From a virus: 37,935 nt of DNA. The position numbers were made by a program, and so were the translations under genes. The stretch is from the IMG/VR virus record IMGVR_UViG_3300029258_003251; one strand, given 5' to 3'. Below, one piece after another: positions 1-7,926 of the stretch (its first letter is position 1; every line of letters starts with the position of its first letter). The notes beneath the pieces were generated by a model. The model made no database searches, was not told where the DNA came from, and saw nothing but the letters and a program-made list of their open reading frames with translations.

Positions 1-144
1 ATGTATGAGGTAGAATTACACAGGAATGGGGAAAAATTACTCAGTCACTATAAAACTGAGTTTGAAGCTAGATATAAGGCTGAGCCATATACCACAGACA
101 AGGATGCCGAGATTACCAGATGGGCTGTGAAAGCCTTAAAGCCA
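1..144. repeat. Terminal direct duplication, copy 1 (identical to 37792..37935). Signature of a circular or circularly permuted genome assembly.
   Basis: Base-by-base comparison of the first 144 nt with the last 144 nt shows identity. Confidence 0.95.
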
Positions 145-420
145 GATCGGGCCATGGATCTCATCACAGAGTATCTTGGCATGAGTGATGAATGGTTTTT
201 AAAGCAGTCACATTCGCTCCTGTGCTTTCAAAAGAATGTGAATAGGGTGCTGGGCTCACTCGGGGCTAAAGAACACCGTACAGGCCAATCTAAGAGAAAT
301 ATGATCCGCACCATAGTCTCTTGTGACAGATGCCATAACCATTACTGGTTAACATGTAGCATCAAAGATTTAGATGATCCTGGGTTTGAGAGATTGTGTG
401 ATAATTGTGCTAACTCTTAA
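1..420 (+). CDS. Hypothetical protein with a C-terminal Cys/His zinc-ribbon-like motif. The true start is at 37783 across the junction, giving 142 aa.
   Basis: Open frame with CDRCHNHY...CDNC near the C-terminus. A hairpin follows the stop. Confidence 0.7.
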   Translation: MYEVELHRNGEKLLSHYKTEFEARYKAEPYTTDKDAEITRWAVKALKPDRAMDLITEYLGMSDEWFLKQSHSLLCFQKNVNRVLGSLGAKEHRTGQSKRNMIRTIVSCDRCHNHYWLTCSIKDLDDPGFERLCDNCANS

Positions 421-442
421 AGGGTGGATGAATGGGAGACTA

Positions 443-472
443 GCGGGCCAGTGCATTGGTGTACTGGCCCGT
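443..472 (+). terminator. GC-rich hairpin after the first gene, a possible intrinsic terminator or RNA-stability element.
   Basis: GGGCCAGT (445..452) pairs with ACTGGCCC (463..470). The stem is extendable on both sides around a TTGG tetraloop. The downstream tract is U-rich but has no clean U-run. Confidence 0.35.
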
Positions 473-499
473 GCTATTCTATATCTAAAGGGGGGTAAT

Positions 500-655
500 A
501 TGGAATTACACGTTTTAGAAAGAGAGATTCAAGAGTATGCCATGGTAGTGGTTAAGGCCAAATTAGAGAGACTCAAAGCTAGACGCTTTGTGTTATTCCC
601 ATGGCTGCGTGCCAGGCGGTTATTAAAGCTGGTTAGGCATATTAAAAAGGGATAA
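500..655 (+). CDS. Small basic hypothetical protein (51 aa).
   Basis: An internal ATG of track ORF 374..655 is preceded by the AAAGGGGGGTAAT ribosome-binding motif used repeatedly in this genome. Confidence 0.55.
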   Translation: MELHVLEREIQEYAMVVVKAKLERLKARRFVLFPWLRARRLLKLVRHIKKG

Positions 656-680
656 AGTGCTTTCCTATAGGGGGTAAAAA

Positions 681-1022
681 ATGAGAGTTTTAATCGCTTT
701 ATTACTATTGTCTGGCATTGCCTATGCTGGACAAACTGCTATCAGAGATGCCACGGTTACTGCCATCCCAGCTAATTATGCTGATGCTGGATCAGAGCTA
801 ATGAGCGGTGTTAGGGCTAATAGCATATGCTGTGAAAACAGAACAGGGGCAGATATTTATATTTGTCTTAGGGCAAATGGGGCTGCTGCCTGTGGTGATG
901 ATTGGCGCTATGCTAATGGCACAGGTACCTGCCTAGATATGCACGCATTAGCTAATAAAGTCTTTATGAGGGGTGTATCTGGGGTAGTTAATACCGGATA
1001 TTTCCAGTGCCGGGTTTGGTAA
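681..1022 (+). CDS. Small secreted Cys-rich protein with an N-terminal signal peptide.
   Basis: MRVLIALLLLSGIAYA signal-like N-terminus, a GGGGGTAAAAA RBS and 6 Cys in the mature part. Confidence 0.7.
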   Translation: MRVLIALLLLSGIAYAGQTAIRDATVTAIPANYADAGSELMSGVRANSICCENRTGADIYICLRANGAAACGDDWRYANGTGTCLDMHALANKVFMRGVSGVVNTGYFQCRVW

Positions 1023-1032
1023 GGGGGGTAAT

Positions 1033-2463
1033 ATGAAATATCTATTTTTAGCTTTAATGCTTTTTGGGCTAACCGCCCATGGCTCTGGCTTTCTTGGCGT
1101 TAGTGGACCTATTGGGCAATTATCAGGTGATGAGATTACCTTTACCCCTGGAGATACCACATCAGAGAAGCAGTTTTTTTACCTGGCCTATGCAGCCACC
1201 TCAGGTACTTACAAGCTAAGATATAGCGGACAAGACACCGCTACCCTAAATTGGAATGATGATGCAGCCACAGTTCAGGCAGCCCTTGAAGCTTTATCTA
1301 ATATTGGCTCAGGCAATATCACAGTAAGTGGTAGCCTTACAGATGCTACCCCCCCAAGCGGCTGGACTTTTACTTATACCGGAGATCTTAAGGGCCAGGA
1401 TTTAGTAGAGATGCAGACCACAAGCTTTGCCCTTAATTGGAGTGGTGGCGCTTACCCCGGATGGGCCGTGTGGTTTGAGACTATCCAAACTGGTGGCAAA
1501 GGCCCCACTATATTTAAGCTGGCTAGAGACTGGTCTATTCTCCCGGGAGATGATGATAACTCTATTAGGTTTATGGCAGATGATGCTGCAGAGCCCTCTT
1601 TATGGGAATTTGTGGGTAAGTGGAATCCGGCACCAGCCGGTGCTTATCATGGTTTAAGAGTGCGATATAAAGGCCAAAGAGTATCTGATATCTATCTCGG
1701 CTATGGCCCATGGGATGCCAATCAACCAGGAGTAATTACACCGGCAACTGTTTGGCTAATGTTAGGTGCTGGTGGTGGCGGCAGATATCAAACTACTATT
1801 TACCTTGACCCGATTAATAAATATGCCTATGGCAGTGATGGTTTGGTATATACGGGCTGGGGTGGATCTGAAACAAACCCGCCCCAGATCGGCATTTCCC
1901 GCACTAGCGGCAGATATCAAGAAGCTCACTTTATTGATGAGGTATCAGTGGGCGGTGGTGTAGTGCTTTTACCAGACGGTGTAAAAGGTATCGACGTTAA
2001 CCAGCCAAGTAAACCTGGTGATGTAGTGCTTCAAGGCATAAATAATCTTGATGGCGCTGGTGGTGATGGTGGCGATGTTTATTTAAAACCCGGCACTGGG
2101 GCTGCCTCTGGGGATTATGGCAGAATTAAAGTTGATGGCCGTGGCTTTCAAAGGATTATTAAAGCTATGAGCCAGGTAAACCTTACAGCAGATAATACTC
2201 AACTTGACGTATCAGACACCTCATTTATTGAGATTAGCTCTGATGATGCTGTGGCTGCTAATAGGACTTTCAACTTTGGCGGTGGTACATATGTTGAGGG
2301 GCATGAGGTTACTATGTGCTGGACAGGGGCCAATGCCGGGGAATTATTAGATGTATCAAACCACAAGTTATCTGCTGCCTGGATACCTGGAGATCATGAC
2401 TGTATTACTCAAATTTACAGGTCAGGAGATGGCTGGCTAGAGACCGGGAGATCTGATAACTAA
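1033..2463 (+). CDS. Secreted Gly-rich protein of unknown function (476 aa).
   Basis: MKYLFLALMLFGLTAHG signal-like N-terminus, a GGGGGGTAAT RBS and Gly-rich tracts (GAGGGGR, DGAGGDGGDVYLKPGTGAASG). Confidence 0.75.
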   Translation: MKYLFLALMLFGLTAHGSGFLGVSGPIGQLSGDEITFTPGDTTSEKQFFYLAYAATSGTYKLRYSGQDTATLNWNDDAATVQAALEALSNIGSGNITVSGSLTDATPPSGWTFTYTGDLKGQDLVEMQTTSFALNWSGGAYPGWAVWFETIQTGGKGPTIFKLARDWSILPGDDDNSIRFMADDAAEPSLWEFVGKWNPAPAGAYHGLRVRYKGQRVSDIYLGYGPWDANQPGVITPATVWLMLGAGGGGRYQTTIYLDPINKYAYGSDGLVYTGWGGSETNPPQIGISRTSGRYQEAHFIDEVSVGGGVVLLPDGVKGIDVNQPSKPGDVVLQGINNLDGAGGDGGDVYLKPGTGAASGDYGRIKVDGRGFQRIIKAMSQVNLTADNTQLDVSDTSFIEISSDDAVAANRTFNFGGGTYVEGHEVTMCWTGANAGELLDVSNHKLSAAWIPGDHDCITQIYRSGDGWLETGRSDN

Positions 2464-2467
2464 ATAG

Positions 2468-2496
2468 TTGACTATCTTATAAACCATTTATAAGAT
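2468..2496 (+). promoter_or_regulatory. Candidate sigma70 promoter overlapped by a perfect 10-bp-arm palindrome (operator-like).
   Basis: TTGACT (2468..2473), a 17-nt spacer, then TAAGAT (2491..2496). The palindrome ATCTTATAAA-cca-TTTATAAGAT spans 2474..2496. Confidence 0.45.
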
Positions 2497-2503
2497 CCAG
2501 CCC

Positions 2504-2767
2504 ATGTATAGCACAGAGCAGCATACTGCATATATGGGTTTTTGGGTACGTCCATCTTTTAGATCTGAGTGTCAGAAATATAACCTGCCAGTATCTCAAA
2601 TCTGCAGACAAGCCCTTAATAAAGAAATCATTAAAATAAAAAAGGCCCTAGAAAAATCTAGGGCCACGGAGAAAACAAAAGGAAAGACAAAAAATGTCTA
2701 CAAGCACAAAACTACCAGAAAAAATAGATCAGTCAAAGCCTATTCCGTTTACTCAAGATCAGCTTGA
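2504..2767 (+). CDS. Small hypothetical protein with a Lys-rich tail, possibly a DNA-binding regulator.
   Basis: ORF directly downstream of the promoter/palindrome. It overlaps the next gene by 74 nt, so the true extent is uncertain. Confidence 0.4.
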   Translation: MYSTEQHTAYMGFWVRPSFRSECQKYNLPVSQICRQALNKEIIKIKKALEKSRATEKTKGKTKNVYKHKTTRKNRSVKAYSVYSRSA

Positions 2768-3701
2768 CCTTATCAGGACGCAAATTTGTCGTGGGGCTAG
2801 TCCTGATGAGTTAAAGCTTTTTCTAAACCAATGTCAACGCACCGGGCTAGATCCCTTCTCTAGGCAGATATATGCCATTAAGCGCTGGAATTCTAAAACC
2901 AGAAAAGAGGAAATGCAGATCCAGGTATCTGTAGATGGCTTAAGACTTTTGGCAGAAAGATCTGGGAAATATGAAGGCCAAACAGATGCGGTATGGTGTG
3001 GTGCTGATGGTGCGTGGGTAGATGTGTGGCTAGAAAAAGCCCCACCATTAGCTGCTAAAGTGGGTGTATACAAGAAAGGTTTTAAAGAGCCTCTGTGCTG
3101 TGTAGCCAAGTGGGATAGCTATGTGCAAACAGATAAGCAAGGGGCTCCCATGTTTATGTGGGCCAAGATGCCAGAGGTAATGCTAGCCAAATGTGCAGAG
3201 AGCCTAGCCCTTAGAAAAGCATTTCCCACCGAGACCAGTGGCCTATATTCAGCAGAGGAAATGGCACAGAGCACACCACAAGAGCCAGCCCCACAAGCAG
3301 TAGATTCTCAGCCTGTAGATGAGGGAGATAATCCAGAAGAATGGGTGATTGAATTTGGGAAAAAATATAGAGGCAAAAAGTTTCAAGAAATAGAGAGTAA
3401 GGACTTAGCTAGCATGAGGCAGTGGTTACATGAGCAGCCACAAAGATCCCAATACGCTTTAAAATTTATGGCTCAAATAGATAGGGTGCTGGCTTTGAGG
3501 CAGCAAGGTCCTGCTGAAGAAGATCAAGAGATGCTTAAAGAAAGAGCCCAAACTATACTTGAGGTAGCCCAGAAATGTGGCTGGGATATGGCAGAGGTAC
3601 AGGATGCTATGAGCAGCCTTTGCGGCTGTACAAGCCTTAATGAATTGACTGTGAGGCAGTTTGATGAATTATGCAGTCATATACAGGAATTTAAAAAATG
3701 A
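2694..3701 (+). CDS. bet: Single-strand annealing recombinase of the Bet/RecT family, with a C-terminal extension.
   Basis: [39 protein letters not shown] and [16 protein letters not shown] parallel the conserved blocks of lambda Bet-type proteins (recognised from memory). Confidence 0.8.
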   Translation: MSTSTKLPEKIDQSKPIPFTQDQLDLIRTQICRGASPDELKLFLNQCQRTGLDPFSRQIYAIKRWNSKTRKEEMQIQVSVDGLRLLAERSGKYEGQTDAVWCGADGAWVDVWLEKAPPLAAKVGVYKKGFKEPLCCVAKWDSYVQTDKQGAPMFMWAKMPEVMLAKCAESLALRKAFPTETSGLYSAEEMAQSTPQEPAPQAVDSQPVDEGDNPEEWVIEFGKKYRGKKFQEIESKDLASMRQWLHEQPQRSQYALKFMAQIDRVLALRQQGPAEEDQEMLKERAQTILEVAQKCGWDMAEVQDAMSSLCGCTSLNELTVRQFDELCSHIQEFKK

Positions 3702-4285
3702 AAACTCTAACTGGCAAATGGCTCAAAAAACAAGGCGCATGTCAATCTGCCATTGATTGGCTTGAGACCCAGCCTAATAAAGATATAGAAGCTTTATTTA
3801 AAGAAGGCTTTAGAAAGAAAGAAAGGCTCGGATGGGGCAACTGGATAATAGTCAGGCTATTAAACAAAAAACAAAAACTACAATATGCCATTTATGCGGC
3901 AGAGCAGGTTTTGAATATTTATGAGAAAAAATATCCCGAAAATAAAATTCCAGGGCGGGCAATAGCCTCAGCCAAAAAAGTATTAAAAAGAAACACTAAA
4001 AAGAATAGAGCTGCTGCTTATGCTGCCGCTGATGCTGCTTATGCTGCTTATGCTGCCGCTGCTGCTGCTTATGCTGCCGCTGATGCTGCTTATGCTGCTT
4101 ATGCTGCCGCTTATGCCGCTTATGCCGCTTATGCTGCCGCTTATGCCGCTTATGCCGCTGCTGCTGCCGTTTATGCCGCTGATGCTGCTTATGCTGCCGC
4201 TGATGCTGCCGCTGCCAAAATACAGATACGGATTAAAATATTAAAATATGGCTTTAGGCTTTGGAGAAGCAGAATTAAAAAATGA
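3698..4285 (+). CDS. Hypothetical protein with a globular N-terminal domain and a ~70-residue Ala/Tyr/Asp tandem-repeat tract.
   Basis: The start overlaps the bet stop (ATGA). The C-terminal half reads [44 protein letters not shown]... Confidence 0.75.
   Translation: MKTLTGKWLKKQGACQSAIDWLETQPNKDIEALFKEGFRKKERLGWGNWIIVRLLNKKQKLQYAIYAAEQVLNIYEKKYPENKIPGRAIASAKKVLKRNTKKNRAAAYAAADAAYAAYAAAAAAYAAADAAYAAYAAAYAAYAAYAAAYAAYAAAAAVYAADAAYAAADAAAAKIQIRIKILKYGFRLWRSRIKK
4010..4216 (+). repeat. In-frame coding microsatellite-like tandem repeat built from GCT GCT TAT, GCC GCT TAT, GCT GCC GCT and GAT GCT units.
   Basis: Directly visible reiteration of 9/15/18-nt units, all multiples of three. Confidence 0.9.
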
Positions 4286-4512
4286 CAAAAGAAGAAGTAA
4301 TTAGAGCTATGCAGAGTAAAAACTATGTGGGTGGTATGCACATACTAGTCAAGCGTGGCAGGCCAGATCCTAAAAAGTTTTCAGAGATTATATGGGAAGA
4401 CCCTGCTAAAGATCTCATGTTTGAGATACTGACACATTTTTCCGAGTGGTGGCAGGAAATGGAAAGCGCTGCTAAGGAGTTAGCCGATGAAAAAAATAGC
4501 CGCACACATTGA
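4282..4512 (+). CDS. Hypothetical protein (76 aa).
   Basis: ORF whose start overlaps the upstream stop (ATGA), in a co-directional gene chain. Confidence 0.6.
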   Translation: MTKEEVIRAMQSKNYVGGMHILVKRGRPDPKKFSEIIWEDPAKDLMFEILTHFSEWWQEMESAAKELADEKNSRTH

Positions 4513-4771
4513 TGGCGCTGTATGGCTACTAGCCATTTTAGCTGTGCTCTTTAGCCTTATGGTATTTGCCAAATCCAAAACACAAGAGGCAGAATGTACT
4601 TGGACACTGTGCCATTACTGTTCAGAGCCCATATGCCCATGTGAAAGAAAACGCATAGAAAAACTTAATACCCAGGAGATGAAAGATCTGGTTAAAATGA
4701 AATATGAGCAGTATCCAGAATCACATTTGATTTTAGACTGTAAGCCCGTATACAGAGGTAAAAAGAAGTGA
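4487..4771 (+). CDS. Small membrane-anchored Cys-rich protein.
   Basis: Hydrophobic segment AVWLLAILAVLFSLMVFA followed by CTWTLCHYCSEPICPC. Confidence 0.6.
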   Translation: MKKIAAHIDGAVWLLAILAVLFSLMVFAKSKTQEAECTWTLCHYCSEPICPCERKRIEKLNTQEMKDLVKMKYEQYPESHLILDCKPVYRGKKK

Positions 4772-5043
4772 TTATAGAGCCAAAAGATTTGGCAGGAATT
4801 GAGGTGCTAGATCATGATGAGACTAGACCACTATATCCTGATGAGCTTAAGGTTATTTGTCTCCGCATCAATGAAATATTGGGCGAACCTCAAACCCTTT
4901 TTTCTAGTGATAGTGTTATATGGGCTCCTTTTACTACTAGCCATACTCAGTTTGAGGGTTATCTGATTAGGAAAGGTTATCCAAATGCCGAAGGATCAAA
5001 GCAGATTATTGAAAGACTTGGCCAAACAGGCACTGAGGGATAG
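4768..5043 (+). CDS. Hypothetical protein (91 aa).
   Basis: GTGA-type start/stop overlap with the upstream ORF. Confidence 0.55.
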   Translation: MIIEPKDLAGIEVLDHDETRPLYPDELKVICLRINEILGEPQTLFSSDSVIWAPFTTSHTQFEGYLIRKGYPNAEGSKQIIERLGQTGTEG

Positions 5044-5173
5044 TGCCCTAGAAGATCCTAAGCTGGATTTGGGAGAGAGATGGCTTATAGCGCTTGCCAA
5101 ATTAATAGCCCAGGATTATTTAGCCAGAATGCAGGCTTTTGTGAATTTGGTTTTCAAATACATGAAAGACTAG
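4985..5173 (+). CDS. Hypothetical protein (62 aa).
   Basis: ORF at the end of the + strand block. It overlaps the previous ORF by 59 nt, so the start is uncertain. Confidence 0.4.
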   Translation: MPKDQSRLLKDLAKQALRDSALEDPKLDLGERWLIALAKLIAQDYLARMQAFVNLVFKYMKD

Positions 5174-5376
5174 GGGGTGACGGACCTACCCCGGTTGGCC
5201 CCCTCACGTAGTTTTTTGATACCGAGCAGAGCCAGATGATACCAGCCTTTATGATAGCTAGTAATGGGCGGGCAGCCCATAGCCTTAAGTTGGTGATTCA
5301 ATATCTTTAGAGCCTCTATCATATCATCCTGCTCTGCCCGGTTTATCTTAAAGTGTATGTCTCTATCACGCTTCAT
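5170..5376 (-). CDS. Hypothetical protein (68 aa), last gene of the leftward operon.
   Basis: ORF with a 4-nt overlap to the upstream gene. Confidence 0.55.
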   Translation of the reverse strand: MKRDRDIHFKINRAEQDDMIEALKILNHQLKAMGCPPITSYHKGWYHLALLGIKKLREGANRGRSVTP

Positions 5377-5660
5377 TTTTTCCGCCGCCTGTGTTTAGCT
5401 TTTTTCTCTAATTCGCCATCTACTATTTTAAGATTTGATAGCAGCCTGGAAATCGAATTAGTTCCGTGTGCCCAGAAGTAAAGGGTGTGTAATCGGCCTA
5501 TTATCTTAGCTAAACGCAGGCCATCATCTATATCCTCTTTATAAGCCAGGTCAAGGCATTCATTAAGCAGATTCTTAACAGTTTTGGGTGCCGCCACTTT
5601 ATACCCCCTATAGTAAATGCTCATTAAAGGGATAATACCTATTATACCAATACTCATCAT
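5373..5660 (-). CDS. Hypothetical protein (95 aa or shorter).
   Basis: ORF in the operon. Its start overlaps the lipoprotein gene, so the start is uncertain. Confidence 0.5.
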   Translation of the reverse strand: MMSIGIIGIIPLMSIYYRGYKVAAPKTVKNLLNECLDLAYKEDIDDGLRLAKIIGRLHTLYFWAHGTNSISRLLSNLKIVDGELEKKAKHRRRKK

Positions 5661-6093
5661 CCCATGATTCTGTGGTGCAGTTTTGGAAAGTAAACTCAGC
5701 GGGTATCATAATGGGCGGATTACTACCAGGATCTTCTTCAGCCACGCCACCCACATGCTCAGCTTTCATATCCGCGCCATTTCTGGTAAAGGCCCAATAA
5801 GAGGTGGGGGATCTTTGCAGAGTGCAGGCATTCTCCCTGGCCCAGTGATGCTCATTACTAAGATATAATCTATTCTCCCCAAGCCAGTTTAAACCACAGT
5901 ACACATCACTATCCCCGTTAGGATAAATGATAGCTATGTACCGGAAATAGGTATTCCCATAGTCCTGCCTACAAGCTACTTTAATCATAGTGATACCCTC
6001 AGATGTGGCGTCATTACTGCCAGTATCACCGATAGGGGGTAAGTGCTCCCTGCCACAGGCAGAGAGTAATAGTATGATAAGTAAGTACCTCAT
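5608..6093 (-). CDS. Putative lipoprotein.
   Basis: MRYLLIILLLSACG signal with a lipobox-like LSAC. It is preceded by AAAGGAGAAAACAAATG. Confidence 0.7.
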   Translation of the reverse strand: MRYLLIILLLSACGREHLPPIGDTGSNDATSEGITMIKVACRQDYGNTYFRYIAIIYPNGDSDVYCGLNWLGENRLYLSNEHHWARENACTLQRSPTSYWAFTRNGADMKAEHVGGVAEEDPGSNPPIMIPAEFTFQNCTTESWDDEYWYNRYYPFNEHLL

Positions 6094-6350
6094 TTGTTTT
6101 CTCCTTTCCTATTCATGAATACAGGGCCAGCAGTATTAAGGCGGTGCAGGGTAACTAAGCGGCACACAGAGGAAAGCCTTAACTTTTCCATTAGCCCTAA
6201 GCACCTAGCACATATAAGCACATCAGCCCTGCCATGCCCCTTGGCAGAATCATCCCATGGCATATAGCCACCTCTACTTCTAGCCCTAATCTTATTACAC
6301 CCACTACACCTGAAATTTCCTTGAAACCTAATAGGCCCTTTCTTTTTCAT
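6090..6350 (-). CDS. Small zinc-ribbon protein.
   Basis: CSGC...CARC pairs, a GAAAGGAGACAAGAAATG start context and ATGA overlap coupling. Confidence 0.65.
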   Translation of the reverse strand: MKKKGPIRFQGNFRCSGCNKIRARSRGGYMPWDDSAKGHGRADVLICARCLGLMEKLRLSSVCRLVTLHRLNTAGPVFMNRKGENK

Positions 6351-6706
6351 TTCTTGTCTCCTTTCATAATATGATCCTCAAACCTCATAACCTTGGCCGG
6401 TCGCCATGCTGTATTTTTACTAGAAAAATTATCTATGATACCTACCGTGGCGTGCTCAATGGTGACAGGATCAATGAGAGATTGATACAGGTCACCCAAT
6501 TCCTCAAAGGGTTCAAAGGTATAGTTTTTCACATCCTGAATAAAGTACTTGGCTGGCTCTTTTAACTCACAGCCCTCAACTATCATCTCTACCAGGACAT
6601 CTTTTTCCTGATAGAGGGGCTTGAGGGCAGCCAGCACGTGATTAAGGACTATGAGCCTTTTGGCCATAGCCTGCAGGTCTTTTTTGGTGAATGGTTTTTT
6701 ACTCAT
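6347..6706 (-). CDS. Hypothetical protein (119 aa).
   Basis: ORF preceded by AAAGGAGAAAACAAATG. Confidence 0.7.
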   Translation of the reverse strand: MSKKPFTKKDLQAMAKRLIVLNHVLAALKPLYQEKDVLVEMIVEGCELKEPAKYFIQDVKNYTFEPFEELGDLYQSLIDPVTIEHATVGIIDNFSSKNTAWRPAKVMRFEDHIMKGDKK

Positions 6707-6921
6707 TTGTTTTCTCCTTTCTTGTTTTCAGCAGACAAATCCTCTAATAGCCACTCACAGGTATCTTTAATTCCGGTAATAAATTCTGTGCCACAAGAGA
6801 GGCAATAGATTCTATTAAATGCGTATAGCACCCTGTCTCCCTCTTTAATGAGGCATTGGCACTCATAGCACTGCTGTGTAGATGAGCCATAAATATATAA
6901 CTGGAATAGCGTGTTATTCAT
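6703..6921 (-). CDS. Small zinc-ribbon protein. The start is moved to the internal Met (MNNTLF).
   Basis: The AAAGGAGAAAACAAATG motif sits exactly at 6921. It carries CYECQC...CLSC motifs. The longer track ORF (to 6960) would overlap the upstream gene. Confidence 0.65.
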   Translation of the reverse strand: MNNTLFQLYIYGSSTQQCYECQCLIKEGDRVLYAFNRIYCLSCGTEFITGIKDTCEWLLEDLSAENKKGENK

Positions 6922-6937
6922 TTGTTTTCTCCTTTCT

Positions 6938-7402
6938 TTATAGGATTTCAAACCCACCACAGGCTTTTAGAAATTCCACAAATTCCTGCACATTCTCTAC
7001 ACTGAATGGATAATGTGTCTCATAGCTTTTTCTCATGCCTTTCCCGTCACAGCCATTACACCTCATATCTCCTGGCCCAATGTCTGGTGGTTTTTTTCTC
7101 ATCCCCTTGCCTTTACAGATCTCACAGGCTTCAAGGGGCAGGTTTTCTAGGTGCTGCTCATAGCCTTTTTGAAATTCTCCAGTTGATCCGATATCAATGC
7201 GATCTTGAAGCTTTTGGGCTAACAGTAAAGAATCCTCTTCATTCAGGCCATCACCATCATTTGTGTGGCCCATTATCCCAGCGCACAACTCTGGGGCTAC
7301 ACTAAGGCAGTAATCCCAGAGTGGCCGCCACCACCACACATTATTTCTGAAATATTCACCCGTTTTGTTTTTTGGATTTTTTCCGTATACATCCATTCCC
7401 AT
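6938..7402 (-). CDS. Hypothetical protein with a DnaJ-type double CxxCxGxG zinc finger.
   Basis: CEICKGKG and CNGCDGKG motifs. It is the first gene after the promoter at 7426..7455 and is preceded by AAAGGAGAAAACAATG. Confidence 0.75.
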   Translation of the reverse strand: MGMDVYGKNPKNKTGEYFRNNVWWWRPLWDYCLSVAPELCAGIMGHTNDGDGLNEEDSLLLAQKLQDRIDIGSTGEFQKGYEQHLENLPLEACEICKGKGMRKKPPDIGPGDMRCNGCDGKGMRKSYETHYPFSVENVQEFVEFLKACGGFEIL

Positions 7403-7425
7403 TGTTTTCTCCTTTCTATGGTTCC

Positions 7426-7455
7426 ATTATAACACACTGTGTCAGTATGTGTCAC
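7426..7455 (-). promoter_or_regulatory. Near-consensus sigma70 promoter for the leftward operon 7402..5170.
   Basis: On the - strand: GTGACA (7455..7450), an 18-nt spacer, then TGT-TATAAT (extended -10, TATAAT = 7431..7426). It lies about 23 nt upstream of the ATG at 7402. Confidence 0.55.
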
Positions 7456-7529
7456 AATTGTGAAGCGGATCACACAATGTTTCATAGTGTGTCAAAAGTT
7501 TAGACGGGTTGGTGATGCCCGCTGTGTCA
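7438..7529. promoter_or_regulatory. Cluster of four direct TGTGTCA motifs plus inverted variants, candidate operator sites.
   Basis: TGTGTCA occurs at 7438, 7448, 7488 and 7523. Two copies overlap the -35 element and spacer of the leftward promoter. Confidence 0.4.
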
Positions 7530-7595
7530 GGTGGTATTAGGGTGGTACTGGGGTGGTACTGGGGTGGTACTGGGGTGATACTGGGGTGGTAGGAT
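7530..7595. repeat. Six tandem copies of the 11-bp unit GGTGGTACTGG (iteron-like).
   Basis: GGTGGTA (GGTGATA in the fifth copy) starts at 7530, 7541, 7552, 7563, 7574 and 7585, an exact 11-bp period. Three central copies are identical. Confidence 0.9.
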
Positions 7596-7620
7596 ATAGG
7601 GGAGACTTGGTTAGGGATGG

Positions 7621-7863
7621 CTACCTGGGGGGCTGGGATACCTTGACGTTATGCTGGCCCCCCAATCTTTCCCAGGTAATAGTAAACATTCCGCCATCTG
7701 GGCATTTCCGTTTTAAATAGTCAGCAGCATTACATACTCTGCAAAGCACATTTAGCCCAGCAGGATTTCTTTTGCCGGAAAGAATGGCATCTACTAAAGA
7801 ACCGCCCATGGCTTTTATTTCAGTAGTCCCGCCCCCATTAATATGATTAATCTCAAGAATCTT
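7621..7863 (-). pseudogene. HNH-endonuclease-like remnant. The ATG-initiated part is 7621..7809.
   Basis: The frame open after a TAG reads KILEINHINGGG...GLNVLCRVCNAADY, an HNH-like H...N...CxxC core with no N-terminal half. It is in the same frame as the methyltransferase gene. Confidence 0.4.
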
Positions 7864-7926
7864 CTAACCCTTTCTGGGTGACGTTTTCTGTAATTCCTGG
7901 TGTTTTGAGTTTGGCGCGTGCGTTTT

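Noticed and set aside
374-655. The long version of this ORF (93 aa), and likewise the TTG-initiated versions of 17546..18406 and 33288..33527.
   Set aside because: In each case an internal ATG carries the genome's characteristic RBS. The extended N-terminus runs through a hairpin, terminator or promoter element.
4020-4244. A 74-aa + strand ORF reading [17 protein letters not shown]...
   Set aside because: It is simply the +1 reading of the GCT/GCC/TAT tandem repeat inside gene 3698..4285. It has no RBS and is pure low-complexity sequence.
5173-5215. A GC-rich stretch between convergent genes, considered as a bidirectional terminator.
   Set aside because: I found no complementary arms when I tried to pair it. 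The G- and C-runs are coding sequence of the minus-strand ORF 5170..5376.
7530-7595. The tandem repeat considered as a possible CRISPR array.
   Set aside because: The units are 11 bp, directly abutting with no spacers, and no cas genes are present. It is a simple tandem (iteron-like) repeat.
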